A DNA stretch of 64,000 nucleotides from Mobula hypostoma (taxonomy: Eukaryota), in assembly GCF_963921235.1 (NCBI RefSeq), contig NC_086097.1:121832001-121896000 (forward strand), in the 5' to 3' direction. A model generated the notes under the pieces. The model was given only the letters and a program-made list of their open reading frames with translations. It did no database searches and had not been told where the DNA came from. Positions 36,837 through 49,502 of this stretch are shown in pieces; position 1 is the stretch's first letter; every line of letters begins with the position of its first letter. A program made the translations under genes and the position numbers.

Positions 36837-38139
36837 CTTGGTTAAAACTCACACAGATGACATCAAGTACGTTGATCTTATTGATGTTAACCCATTACCT
36901 TCCCAAAATATTTTGAGGTCAGTTTAACCATACAGTCACATAGCAAATCTCACGTCTCTCTGGGACATGTTTGTATGTTCTCATTCTGCCCTGGTTTCCT
37001 CCCACATTCCAAAGATGTATGGGTTAGGATAGTGAGTTGTGGGCATACTACGTTGGCTGCAGAAGTGGCTGCGGGCTGCCCTCAGCACGTCCTCAGACTG
37101 TGTTGGTTAATGATACAAAACCACAGTTCACTGCATACTTTGATGTTTTGATGTACATGTGACAAGTAAAGTTTATCATTTCCAACCTAACTTTATCTTA
37201 ACAAGTTCATGCTTAATTTTTTCCATTGCCCAATCTGAACTAAATCAGAACTCTTGATAGTTCCCTGTTTATAATCCTGGATATCCTCTCCTTTCGTCCT
37301 ATCCTATGGGGATATCAGATCAATACCAGTTTACACAATGACCTATTGTCGACTCTGATAGGATACTCACTTGAAAACTTAAGTGAAATTTTGAGGTTTT
37401 CACCTAGTTTATAAATTAAAGTGATCCTGACTATACCATAAACCTTTTAACTCTCCAGCTGTGATTTGCATTACCAACATGACTAATTAAGATTGATGGA
37501 CAAATAGAGATTATGAATTTTATGAATTTCAAAGCATAGTTATACAAGTCATGGTTTTTGAAACAGGTAAAATGTTTATAGAGTTGACTTGTCAGAACAA
37601 GATCACCTAAGAATCTAGTTCAGTCAATTAGCATGAGCTGGGAAGAGTGACTACAAAATCAATTCTCATGTGGAAATGTTAATCTTTCTCACTGGATACC
37701 CCAGAATAGAGCCTGCTACATTACATCCTGATGAGGGGAGGCTACAGAGAAATGAGAGCAAGATGCATCCTGAGGGCAAGATTTTGAGCTGGGAAATTAT
37801 TTTGAAGTATGTTTTTATATGGTTGCAGTATAAAACATATAGGGAATTTCTTCAGGCAACATCTTGGTTCATAATTTGGTTGTCTCATATCAATCTTAGT
37901 GGTATAATGTATATTTAAATAATGATTGTGATCTAATATATGAAGAGAGGAGGTGTGGCCTGTATGTTTATCGATATCAAATGGGACCTGAACTGAGCAT
38001 CCTCCAAGCCACAAACAAACTGCTGGAAGGACTGAGCAACAAGAGGGAAATGGACAGGCAATATTTCGAATCAAGACTTTTTGTCAGCGTCCAGATGAAA
38101 GGCTTTGACCCAAAATGGCAACTGGTCATTTCCCTCTCC

Positions 38140-38555
38140 TCCAAGAGGACCTCAACCTTGTCATGGTTTGGAGGCTTGAGTGACTCAATGATCTGGAGAG
38201 CTATGTTGGCTGGAGTCAGGGCCTTATGTTTTGGCTGTTGGTTGAGTCATCAATGCCAAGCAGGTCAAAGGGTAGAGGCCAGACTAAGAGTGGTCCACCG
38301 GTTCTCCAGGTTTGGAGACTCAGCTCAGGGCTAACAACCCTGAGCGGTAAAACAAAGTTGTTATGGAAAGAGCAATGAAGAATCCTACATCTGAGTGTAA
38401 TGGTATTCCTGAGTCTCCACCCAGGACTTTCATGACTGACAGTAGTGAAACCCAAGAGGAAGCTACTGGCATGATGAAGGAAGCCCTGAACACCACCAGA
38501 GTTGGAGGATCTTCATTGCTGCCCTAAACACCAGCAGTATAATAGGCACTAACAC
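38140..38555 (+). mobile_element. RTE/Expander-like 5'-UTR-derived short element, inserted in a Penelope-like terminus
   Basis: accttgtcatggtttggaggcttg...caatgatctggagagctatgttg...ggccagactaagagtggtcc resembles Expander/Rex3 5' ends as recalled. The host terminus is split at about 38135 and 38560. Confidence 0.55.
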
Positions 38556-39675
38556 ACTATTTACCTCGACAGATGCTGCCTGACCGATTGAGTTCCCCCC
38601 ATAGATTGTTTATGCACCTGCTGTCTCCATCTTCCAGGTCATATTACAAATCCTTACATTTGTTTCTTTTCAACTAACGTAAATGCAACAGTGCACATTC
38701 CTTTAAACAAGAGTTAATATGCATGTTCAGGAGGGATTGTTGGCAGCCAGTCCCTGCTGGGATTAGTGATGCAGGTTCAAGACTGAGCTCTGCCCACCAC
38801 TGGTCCATGTGTCATCAGTTTCCATATCTGCACATAGCAAAATGGAAGTTGCAAAAATGCTGGGGGCTCATATACTTACTGTGAATGCCCACAAGAAAAT
38901 GAATCATGGGGTAGTATATGGTGACATATATGTACTTTGAAAACAAATCTACTTTGAACTTTGAATGCTGTCCACTCTGCTACTGAACTCACCAGGAAGT
39001 CTAGCAAATTTTCTGGGTCGTACTGAGCTGGGAATACAGATGCACTTTATATCTGGCCTCTCAGCTTTATGGCAGCCAAAACACCTGTAAAGGCAGTGAT
39101 CACATTCATTTCAGCAGAATAAGTGACCTATAATTAATTAAAAACTAAATTCAAATTAGCATTTTTTGCCATTTATTTCAGTACCATCAGGGACCTATAA
39201 TAATAAAAACAAAATTAAATTTAAACTAAACTCTATCGTTGATGTATTTTTATTTCACTTTGCCTTGTACTAGCTACCTTAATGCACTGCTGTAATGAAT
39301 TGTTCTGTATGGGTAGTACGTAAGACGAGTTTTTCACTGCACCTCGATAATGGTCACGGGGAGAAGGCAGGAGAATGGGGTTAGGAGAGATAGTAAATCA
39401 GCGTTGGTGGAATGGTGGAAGAGACTTGGTGGGCCGAATAGCCTAACTCTGCTCCCATGTTTTATAGTCTTAACTTACTAATTTAATAATTTTCATTTTT
39501 AACTAATTTACCATGGTTTAATGTAATTGAACTAAATTCATTATTTTAATAGTTAAATGGAAAAAAAACAATTCAGTCAATTTGACTTTAAATATCTCTG
39601 GACAATAGGGACGTATAAAAAGAGCAAAAATGCCTTTGACAACAGTGAGGGTGATGGTCTGGAATACGATAGGTA

Positions 39676-39803
39676 CAAGAGTTTCAGCAGATGCTGGAAA
39701 TCCAGAGCAACACACACTGGAGGAACTCGGTAGGTCAGGCAGCATCTGCGGAGGGGGAATAAACAGTTGATGTTTCGGGCTGTGTCCCTTCATCAGGACT
39801 GGA
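39676..39803 (-). mobile_element. Penelope-like terminus with well-preserved hammerhead motif (39764-39801)
   Basis: Minus strand reads cagtc-ctgatga-agggacacagccc-gaaac-atc-aactg. Confidence 0.7.
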
Positions 39804-40037
39804 ATGAGGGTACTGGACTAGAATTTATGACCCATCAGGCAATTACAACACATAGATTAGCATCAGACGGACTGTAGCCGAGGCTTAGATTGATAATGAT
39901 CAAGCCCAGTGTATAAAAAGAGCAAATTATTTCAGATACTGGAAATCTGAGACAGAAACAGTGCAAGTTGAAAACATCCAGCAGCATCATGGGAGAAAAG
40001 CAGCGAAAAGGAGAGATGTTTTCAGAGCAAACACTCC

Positions 40038-40579
40038 CACTCAGTGGCCACTTTATTAGGTACAGAAGTGGAACTTGGTGTGATCTTCTGCTGCTGTAGC
40101 CCATCCACTTCAAGGTTTGACGTGTTGTGCGTTCAGAATTGCCCTTCTGCACACCACTGTTGTAACACACGGTTATTTGAGTTACTGTCGCCTTCTTGTC
40201 AGTTTGAACCAGTCTGGCCATTCTCCTCTGACCTCCCTCATTAACAAGGCATTTTCACAGAACTGCTGCACACTGGATGCATTTTTGTTTTTTGCACCAT
40301 TTTCTTGAAACTCTAGAGACGGTCGTGTGTGAAAATCCCAGGAGATCACCAGTTTCTGAGATATTCAAACCACCCCTTCTGTCACCAACAATTATTCCTC
40401 GGTCAAAGTCACTTAGCCCATTTTTTCCCCATTCTAATGTTTGGTCTGAGCAACAACTGAACCTCTTGACCATGTCTGCATGCTTTTATCCATTGAGATG
40501 CTAGCACATGATTGGCTGTTCAGATATTTGCATTAACAAACAGGTGTACAGGTGTATCTCGTAAAGTGTCCACTGAGTG
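40038..40579. mobile_element. Tc1-derived MITE (about 540 bp)
   Basis: Inverted termini cactcagtggccactttattaggtaca and tgtatctcgtaaagtgtccactgagtg, the latter followed by TA. Internal HTH remnant LSDFDRGIIVG...LLGFSHTTVSRV on the minus strand. Confidence 0.85.
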
Positions 40580-41414
40580 TAAACGAAGCTGATTTATTGG
40601 CTCTGCCTGCCATTGCTGTTTGAACTGTTGACTATGACAGAAATTTTGCTTCTTTTTTATTGCTGTCATTGAACAACTCTGTTGTTCTTCAGCAGTATTT
40701 TCCTTTGTACCTCTGGCTTCAGATATTTTGATATTTCAGGTCTTAATGTAACTTCAGGTTTGAATACTCAGCTAGTTCTGGTGCCAGTTCCACAAGAATA
40801 TGCATGTTGGTAAATAGTCACAGTTTTCAGGTTGCCATTGAATTACTTTACATATCCTTGGTCCAATTGGAATGAAAGCTGCAGTTACTTGAAAGCCGAT
40901 GTTTACATTAAAAAAAACTCCCTTAATAAGACCAAATTATGATCTGTGGTTAACAAGAGACTGCATTTCTGATTCAAGCTTTTCCAACATGTTGCCAGAC
41001 ACAATGATGTATTCTGGCTATGGATGTGTTTTCTTTTGATGCAAGGTTATTTATCAGTTGGCTTATTTCTTTTCAACACAGGGGATTTTGAAGATGCTGG
41101 AGATCCAGAGGAACACACACAAAATGCCAGAGGAACTCAGCAGGTCAGGCAGCGTTTATGGAAATGAATCAACAGTCAATGCTTCTGGTTGAGACCCCTC
41201 ATCAGGACTTAGGTCTTTTGTTCTTCATGTGTGCAACTATTAACTTCGATCTTTAAACCACTTAGATATCGCACATATTCGACCCATGGAAAGTGATCAT
41301 CCACTTCCCATTACCCACCACCGCCCCTTCCCCAGACGTAGTAAGCTCTCAGCAAAATTGAACCATTGAGCCCTTATTCGTCCTGCAGATTACACCAACT
41401 TCTCCGAGGATGGT

Positions 41415-41770
41415 CAACCCATCCTGCTGGAGAGGCTTGTGAATTCCTGAGATCCTGAGAGCGATGCTACCTGGAGATAGCCACCCGGCGCTTAACTCAT
41501 GGTAGGGTCACCCCTGGTGGTAAGGTCAAGGGAGCGGTTCCAGACAAGACCTCAAACAGAAGATGATGAGACATCACAATAGCAGTGAAGGGTCCCCAGT
41601 CATCTTGCATTCCATACCACGGGACCTTGACCCTGATCTGATCCATTAAGAACCATGCGGTGGCTGCCCATGCATCAGCCTCCCCATGTTAAAGTCACAC
41701 ACAGCATTATCCTTTAAGGGAGTTTGCCCTAATATCCTGGAATTATGTGGACCCGGACTGACGTCTACAG
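41415..41770 (+). mobile_element. RTE-like 5'-derived short element
   Basis: Similar to 43920-44365 (gagaggcttgtga.ttcctga, tggtagggtc, cagacaa, cagtgaag, tgaccc). Confidence 0.55.
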
Positions 41771-42391
41771 CCACCTGAAGACCCACCAATGGACAACCCC
41801 TTAGGCAAACATCATACACGAGTTGAATAATCACACTACCATTCATCAGAGAATATTCACCTTCGTAAATCAAATAGATTAAGTCAAACACATCAAACAA
41901 CACTGCAATCCGGTCAAATGAAAAAAAACCTATTGATGTATGGGAATTTCCGCAGGGCAGATCTGAAAGCAATACCTGAATTAGTATTAGAAACAAAAAC
42001 GTGTTTGACAGTCATCACAGACACAGACAATTTGACTCAACCACTTTTAGACCTGTCCAAACAATTGTGTTTTACACACAGAAGCCATGTTTTACAGCAG
42101 CTGGATTTTAAAAATACTCTACATTGCATTTTTATACATCAAATTCTATTTCCCAAGGAGGTATGTAGTTATCAGCAGGTGGGAGCCAATTAATATTAAA
42201 AAAGATGTACAGGTATTTTTAAGCCTATGAATATTCAGTCTATCACCTGAATGCTCCAAATACAGCAAACGCCATCCAAGACTTGTTTTGTTTCACCTGT
42301 ATTTAGTCCTTGCCCTCTCACAGTTACCAAATCAGGCTTCTCTCTACATGTGGCCCGGCTCACAGTGACTCCTCCCATTGTTCGGTGCACA

Positions 42392-42531
42392 TCACTGGGC
42401 CAACCCAGAGCTGTAGTTCGATCCGTAGCTACTAGTTGGAGATAGTAAGTGTTGGTGCTCATGACTCTGTTCTGAGACGTAGCTAGGGAAGGTTTGTGCT
42501 CGAGGAACCTTTGTCAAGTTTAAATCATTCC
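42392..42531 (-). CDS. DOK6: Last coding exon of docking protein 6 ((G)NDLNLTKVPRAQTFPSYVSEQSHEHQHLLSPTSSYGSNYSSGLAQ*)
   Basis: Strong acceptor tttctttctctctctcccctatag, phase 1, 140 nt to TGA. The peptide aligns without gaps to the mammalian DOK6 C-terminus as recalled (RAQTFPSYAPEQSEE...SSSYGFSYSSSLIQ). It is absent from the ORF track in this frame. No upstream DOK6 exon was found in 42532-64000, which is therefore presumably intron. Confidence 0.9.
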
Positions 42532-42967
42532 CTATAGGGGAGAGAGAGAAAGAAACACTTTTTAAAAAAGCTGTTATTGCATTTATGAAAATTTCATTCT
42601 TTCATGGTATTCATGTCAACTTTAATAATAACAGAACTATCAGGTCAGCAGAAAAGGTCAGTGGCTGCCATCTACCATCATTGCAGGACTTGTATGTGTC
42701 CAGGATGAAGAAGTGAGCAGGGATACATTGTGGACACTATAAACCCGGCAAACTGGCGTTTCCAAAATTTCCTTTCTACTAAGTATTAAAACAAAAACTT
42801 CATGCCGTCTTAAAGGTTTCTTCCCTAGGCAATTAATCTGATCAGTGATTCTAGTTAGACCACTTCACCACTCCCCCATTACCTCAGTCACCGTACTGCA
42901 CTGTAAGCACTTTAAATCACTTACTATAATGCTGCTTCCATTGTAAATACATGCTGGTATTTAATTA

Positions 42968-43710
42968 CAAACATGAGAAAGTCTACAGATCCTGGAGATC
43001 CAAAGCATCTATGGACTAGAATAAACAGTCAATGTTTTGGGCTGAGACTCTTCATCAGGACTGAGAAGGAAGGGGGAAGATGCCAGAATAAAAAGTTTGG
43101 GGGGAGGGGAAGGAAAGGAGGCTAGCAGGAAAGTGATGGGTGAAGCCATGTGGGTGGGAAAGGTAAAGAGCTGGAGAAGAAAGAACCTGATAAGAGTGGA
43201 CCATTATTAAATATATAAGATTATTAAGGGATTGGATGGGCTAGAGGCAGGAAACATGTTCCCGATGTTGGGGGAGTTCAGAACCAGAGTCCACAGTTTA
43301 AGAATAAGGAGTAGACAATTTAGAACGGAGTTGAGGAAAAACTTTTTCACACAGAGGGTTGTGGTTCTGTGAAATGCTCTGCCTCAGAAGGCAGTAGAGG
43401 CCAATTCTCTGGATTCTTTCACGAAAGGGTTAGATAGAGCTCTTAAAGGTAGCGGAGTGAAGGGATATGGGGTGAAGGCAGGAAAAGGGTACTGATTATG
43501 GATGATCAGCCATGATCGCAGTGAAAGGTGGTGCTGGCTCGAAGGGCTGAATGGCCTACTCCTGCACCTATTGTCTATTGTCTATTGACCATAGGAGAAA
43601 GAGGAGGGACCCAGGGGTAAGTGATAGGCAGGTGAGAAGATGAAAAAGGTCTGAGTCGGAAATGAAGGAGGGGGTGTGAAATTAGTTTACTGGAAGAAGA
43701 AATCGATAAT
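42968..43710 (-). mobile_element. Penelope-like end interrupted by a CR1
   Basis: Terminus with hammerhead remnant at 43026-43063. The purine-rich body resumes after 43592. Confidence 0.65.
43205..43586 (+). mobile_element. CR1 3' fragment with 6-bp TSD
   Basis: gaccat at 43199-43204 and 43587-43592, with a (ctattgt)n tail. Confidence 0.85.
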
Positions 43711-43919
43711 TGTTTTTGTTTCATGTTGGACCCCAAACAACACACCATGGAAAATTCCCAATACAGGTAAATGTATATGGTGAATAAGTTGATCCTTGGT
43801 CTTGATCCTACACTTCTGACTTAGGTTTTGTAAATCCTGAAAGGTTTTTGAGAGTCAGAAGATGTATAATTTGTAGCAGGGTGTCCAGCGTCTACTCTGC
43901 TCTCGATCCGTGATCTGTG

Positions 43920-44365
43920 GACCGTCAACTTGTCGTGGTGGGGGAGAGGCTTGTGAGTTCCTGATATCCCAAGTGCGATGCTGTCTGGAGTTCAGCCATC
44001 TGACGCTCAGCTCCTGGTAGGGTCGCCCCTTGCAGGAAGGCCAAGGGGGTGGTTCTAGACAAAGAGCGATCCAACCAAGACCTCAGCGGTGGAGTGATCA
44101 CTCATGACAACAGCAGTGAAGATGGAGGAAAGCTGCGCAATGAAGCGTGTTCAAACACCTTGCATCCCATGCCAGTGGACCCTGACCCCAATCTGTCAAA
44201 GACTGCGTGATGGAGGTCCATCGTCAGCATCCCCATGATAAACAATGTCATGTACAGGTGTTCTCCATTGGGGGAATCCACCCGAACATACTGGATTAAG
44301 GCCTGTGGCAATCGGCAAGTGGTGAAAGGGGCAGGATTATGAGGTCTGGCCCACCTTATCCGGAG
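43920..44365 (+). mobile_element. RTE/Expander-like 5'-derived element
   Basis: caacttgtcgtggtg...ggcttgtg...cctggtagggtcgccc...agacaaagagcgatcc. Confidence 0.55.
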
Positions 44366-44539
44366 TAACACACCTAAAATGCTGGAGGAACTCAGCAGGT
44401 CATGCAGCATCTATGGAGGGGAATAAAGAGTCAACACTTTGGGCCAAGGCCTTTCATCTGGACACAGTGGTCTGAATGCAATATCAGGATACAATGATCT
44501 GAATGGCTGTACCAGAAGTGAGCAGTTTGAGAGCACTAG

Positions 44540-45140
44540 AATATTAGATGAAGGATGTGATCCTGAGGTTTTACAAGGCATTGGTCAGATCACACTTGAG
44601 TTATTGTGAGCAGTTTGTGCCCCTTATCAAAGAAAAGATGTGCTGGCATTGGAGACGGTCTAGAGGAGGCGCATGAAAATGATTCTGGGAATGAAAGGGT
44701 TAACATATGAGGAGAATTTGATGGCTCTGGGCCTGTATTCTTGGGAGTTTAGAAGAAGGGTGGGGAGAATCTCATTGAAATCTATCAAAAATTGGAAGAC
44801 AGAGTGGATGTGGAGAGGATGTTTCCTATTGTAGTTGAGTCTAGGACCAAAGGGCACAGCCAAAGAACAGAGGGTCATCCATTTGGAACAGAGATAAGAA
44901 GGAATTTCCTCAGCCAGAGGGTGGTGAATCTGTGGAATTCATTGCCACGGATGGCTGTGGAGGCCAATTCATTGGGCATACTTAAACTAGAAGTTGATAG
45001 GTTCTTGGTTATTCAGGGCATCAAAGATTATGGGCAGAAGGCAGGAGAATGGGGTTGAAAGGGATAATAAATCAATCATAGTGGAGCAGACTTGATGGAC
45101 AAATGGCCTAATTCTGCTCCTTTGTCTTATGGTTTTGTAG
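44540..45140 (+). mobile_element. CR1 3' fragment
   Basis: ORF 44792-45058 contains ESRTKGHS and RVVNLWNSLP, followed by a CR1 3' UTR. Confidence 0.85.
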
Positions 45141-45371
45141 TCTTAAATCAGCTAGATGGAATGGCACTGCAGATTCAATGGGCCAAAAGGCCTACTTCAG
45201 TGCCTATGTCGTTTGGTCTTATGAGCAACAGACTGAGATTAGTTTAGCAATCTTTCAAACTGAATCACTTTTATGCTAATGATTCCAACATCAGCATCAC
45301 ATTGGTAGTACTTATGCTGTGTCTTGTTCTGAACGGTTTTAATATAAGAGAAAATAAATTAACTTATAAAG

Positions 45372-46043
45372 AACATAGAACATGTCATCCCAATACAGCC
45401 CTTCAGCCCACAATGTTGTGCTGACTATTCAACCTTCTCTAAGATCACTCTAACTCTTCCTTCTCACATCGCTCTCCATTTTTCTATCATCCATGTACCT
45501 ATCTGAGAGTCTCCTGAATATCCCCAATGTATCTGCCTCTATCAGCACTCATGACAGTGTATTCCACGTACCCACCACTCTATGTGTAAACAGCTTGCCT
45601 CTGACATCCCTCCTATAATTTCTTCTGATCACCTTAAAATTATGCCTCCTCATATTAGTCATTTCCATCCTGGGAAGAAAAATCTCTGGCCCTATAAAGA
45701 AGCCCTTCCAGCCTTCTCCTTCCCACCCTCCCACCACCTTCTTTATAGGGCCTCTGCCCCTTCCCTCTTCAGTCCTGACGAAGGTTTCCGGCCCGAAACG
45801 TTGACTGATCGTTTCCACGGATGCTGCCCGACCTGCTGAGTTCCTCCAGCGGGTTGTGAGTGCTGCATTTAACCCTGTACTCTGCCTTCAAATTTGACTT
45901 CCAAATTGATTAATTTCATACTCTTCTGGGTTGAACTTCATCTGCCACTTCTCAGCCTAGCTCTGCGTACCGTCGATGTCCCATTGCAATCTATGACAAC
46001 CCACTACACTATCCACAACTCCACCAATCTTTGTGTCACCTGT
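45372..46043 (-). mobile_element. CR1 fragment with a Penelope-like terminus inserted at about 45700-45865
   Basis: gaacatagaacat tail and FTHRVVGTWNTL. The inserted terminus lies on the + strand. Confidence 0.7.
45770..45807 (+). ncRNA. Minimal type I hammerhead ribozyme motif (best-preserved copy)
   Basis: CAGTC-CTGACGA-aggtttccggccc-GAAAC-GTT-GACTG. Stem I CAGTC/GACTG is perfect, the CUGANGA and GAAA cores are intact, and a palindromic AACGTT replaces stem III. Confidence 0.65.
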
Positions 46044-46663
46044 AATTTTCTGCTCTTTGTTTTACTGACCATCAAAAACAACAATAGTGGTTATAAAGCT
46101 CTCGTTGCACAGAAACAGCTTCAAGTACTTATGCTAAATGGATTTTATTTTTATTTTGCTCTGGTCCATTCCATCTCTACCCTGAATCTGTCCCACCATT
46201 TTTCTCTGCAACAATAGAACCTTAATTTAAAGGCCAATAAATTATGACTAAACATTGAACAATATCCTCTTTTGACAGGACAAGGAAAAGTTTGTGATCT
46301 GATCATTTTTTTCTTCCATCTGCAGCTTTTCATTGTCACACACGGCTTTTCTTGGCTCTTGTACGTTATAAAGCTGTTTATTATTTGTCTGATATTTCTC
46401 CTCTCTGCCTGTCTACATGGGGTTGAAAGACATTGCACTGCGTTCTTCCCTTTGCTATGTTCAGACAGCTGTGGCTTTAGGAATGGATCACAAACACACC
46501 AAGATTGAGTTTACTTCCACGACTCCAATCCCTTGTGAAGTGAATGTAATGGCCGCCAGGTGGGGTGGGTTGGACAAAATGTCGGCCTTTTCTAGCTTAC
46601 TGGTTGTACTCTTGAGCTGGGAGAGCTGCCATTGCAAACTGCACTGACCAAAGGATGCTCGCT

Positions 46664-47130
46664 GTTCAAAGTTCAAAGTAAGCTTATTGTCAAAGTACAT
46701 ATATATTACCATGAGATACATTTTCTTGCAGGCATTCATATTAGAACAAAAAAATACAATAGAATCAATGAAAAGGTACACACAGAGACTGACAAGAAGA
46801 AAAGCTGTGCAAATACAAACAAACAAACAAACATATGAATAAATAAACCAAGAACAGAGTTGCAAAGTCCTTGAAAGTGAGTCCATAGTTTGTGGGATTA
46901 GTTCAATGTTGAGATGAGGAGTTATCCACGCTTGTTCAGGAAGCTAGTGGTGTGGGACCCAAGGCTCCTGTACCTCCTTCCCAATGGCAGCAGTAAGAAG
47001 TGCTGCTTTCTTCTGACAGTGTTCCTTGTAGATGTGCTCAATGAGGAGGGCTTTTTCCTTGATGGACGAGGCTGCATCCACCACTTTTGGTAGGCTTTTC
47101 TGTTCTTGGGCTATGGTGTTTCCAAACCAG
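46664..47130 (-). mobile_element. Rex/Babar-like LINE 3' fragment
   Basis: gttcaaagttcaaagt tail and family motifs. Similar pieces at about 53295-53720 (-), 42645-42960 (+) and 56395-56700 (+). Confidence 0.7.
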
Positions 47131-49502
47131 AATGCTCTGTCATTGGAAATTCACGGTAAACAGACATACTTGCACTCCTACATGCTGAATAAGTATAGAG
47201 ATTTCATAAACACAACAAATTCCGTGACAACAGCTTAAAGGATTAAAATGTCACTCATTCTAAATCTCACTGGAAGGAGGCTGCAGAAGTAATGGATTAC
47301 ACTAATGGAACAGTGAAGGGAATTGCCTGTGTGTTTGATTGATTGAAAAGTTGTTTCAAAGGAACATACTGGATTTCAAACCCTATAAGATATCCCCAGT
47401 TATTAACCAATTTAATGCTCATTTGAAATTGTTGTTTCATGTTCTGAGGACAACGGTATTTCTCCATTATATAGCAGGAAGTGCCTGCCTTCTGCATGGT
47501 ACATTGAGGAGCATCCACATCACTTTCATTAGTTAATCAGATAAACATAGGTGGCACATTGTGTTGTGAGTACAGATACTGTCTCACCATCTCAGTAATC
47601 TGGGTTCAATCCTAATACCGTCTATGTGGAGTTTGCAGATTCATCACATTATATTGGAGGGTGAAACTCAACCATGTCAGACAAGCATTATACTGTTTAG
47701 TTATTAACTTTTGTCAGAAGTGCACCTTATTATTTGTTAATTGATTTGTGGTAATTTTACTTTATATGCTGTGTGCAAATTATATGTATTATGTTCAAGA
47801 GTTGCGAGGTATTGTTTCGGCTCTCATCCGTCATCATCGGTGAGTGCTGGCTTGATACCGAAGACTGAAGCCAGAAGGTTGATTGGAAGTTCAGATCACA
47901 GCCTGAATGAAGATCAGAAGTCTGGAAGTTAAGGCTCGATAGCTGGAGCCCTGAGTCTGTGAATCTTGGTGAAACGTCATTGATATAAATGAACATATTG
48001 CAGAATTGTGTAATACTCCTCAATATGCAGAAATACGTTTACCAATATGCCTGTGAATGTTGTTCATTGTTAATTGATGCCACTTTCATTGATATTTTGT
48101 TTAATTTTTAAAAGAATCAAGAGAACTTTTCCTTGGAAATATCAAAATCCCCTCAGTTATAAAAGAAATAAAAAATGTTTCCTAATGTGGTTTTGCTGAA
48201 AGTAATTGCTTCTAATCTGCAATTTTTAATCAAACTTTTGTTTGATTATGCAAAACAGAAGTTTTTGCATTGAATGATTTTCAATTGTCAGCCTGTAAGT
48301 TATAAGCAGTCCTCACTGCCTGCAGCCAAAATGCTGATAAGGGATGCCAGAACAAAATAGAGAATGTGCAAAGTAATGCGTAACCATCCCTAGAAGACTA
48401 TCGATACCAATTTTAATGATATAAAAACACAAGTTCTTTTTGCTCCGACTCTGAAGCATCAGCAGAGTATTGCAGTCACATAGACACAAGAGATTCTGCA
48501 GATGCCGGACATCTTGAGCAAAACACACAAAATGGTGGAGGAACTTAGCAGGGCAGGCTGCATCAATGGCGTGGAGTAAACAGTCAATGTTTCGGCTGGA
48601 GTTCCTGATGAAGGGTCTCAGCCCAAAAAGTCAACTCTTTATTTCCCTTCACACCTTTGATCCATCTGCAACAAGCAGAATTTCTAGGTGGCCAACCATT
48701 TTAATTTCAATCCCCATTTGCATTTCACCGTTAGTCTATGGCCTCCACTACTGCTGTGATGAGGCTTCCCTCAGGTTGAAAATCTCCTCTGGACCCTTTC
48801 TAAAGTTATCACATCCCTCCTATAAAGAGGTAACCAGAAATGAACTCAATATTCTAAGTGTGGTCTAATCAAGGTTTTACGGAGCTGCAACATTAACCTC
48901 GCGGCACTCAATCCCCTGACTAATGAAGGCCAAGACACTGTACCCCTTTTTGATCACCCTATCAACCTGTGGGGCTTTTTTGAGGGATCTCAACATCCGT
49001 ACTCAAACCCACTTACAATAAAGAAAACCATTACGTTTGCTCTCCTAATTGCCTGCTGAATCTGCATAGTGATTTGTGTGTGAGGGCATTCAAGTTCTTA
49101 TAGCATCTTTTGACCTTCTCCTTTCTAAAATAAGTATTCCACCTCTCTAATATTTTTGCTAAAATGGATGACCTCACATTTTCCACATTATGTTCTGCTT
49201 GCACATTCATTTGCCTGTTCACTCAAAGCTTTTCTAAATCCTCCCTGTCACCTAGCTTGGTATTGTCAGCAACAAACATGGATATACCTGTATTATACTT
49301 TATCAATCATCCAAACTACTGATATAGTTAGGGTCCCTGTATTAATCTCTGTGGCACACAAATGGTTGTAATTTCCCAAGACAAAAGTAAACTGATTTAT
49401 TCCTATTTGTTCTGTCATATCTGTTCCTATCACCTCTTCACCCTCCAGACTCAAGGTAGTAGTGGAGCAATCACTCAAGTTGAGTATGATGTTCTCCTAA
49501 GG

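Noticed and set aside
42235..42462. ORFs 42235-42462 (-) and 42251-42445 (+)
   Set aside because: Alternative frames over the DOK6 last exon and its UTR.
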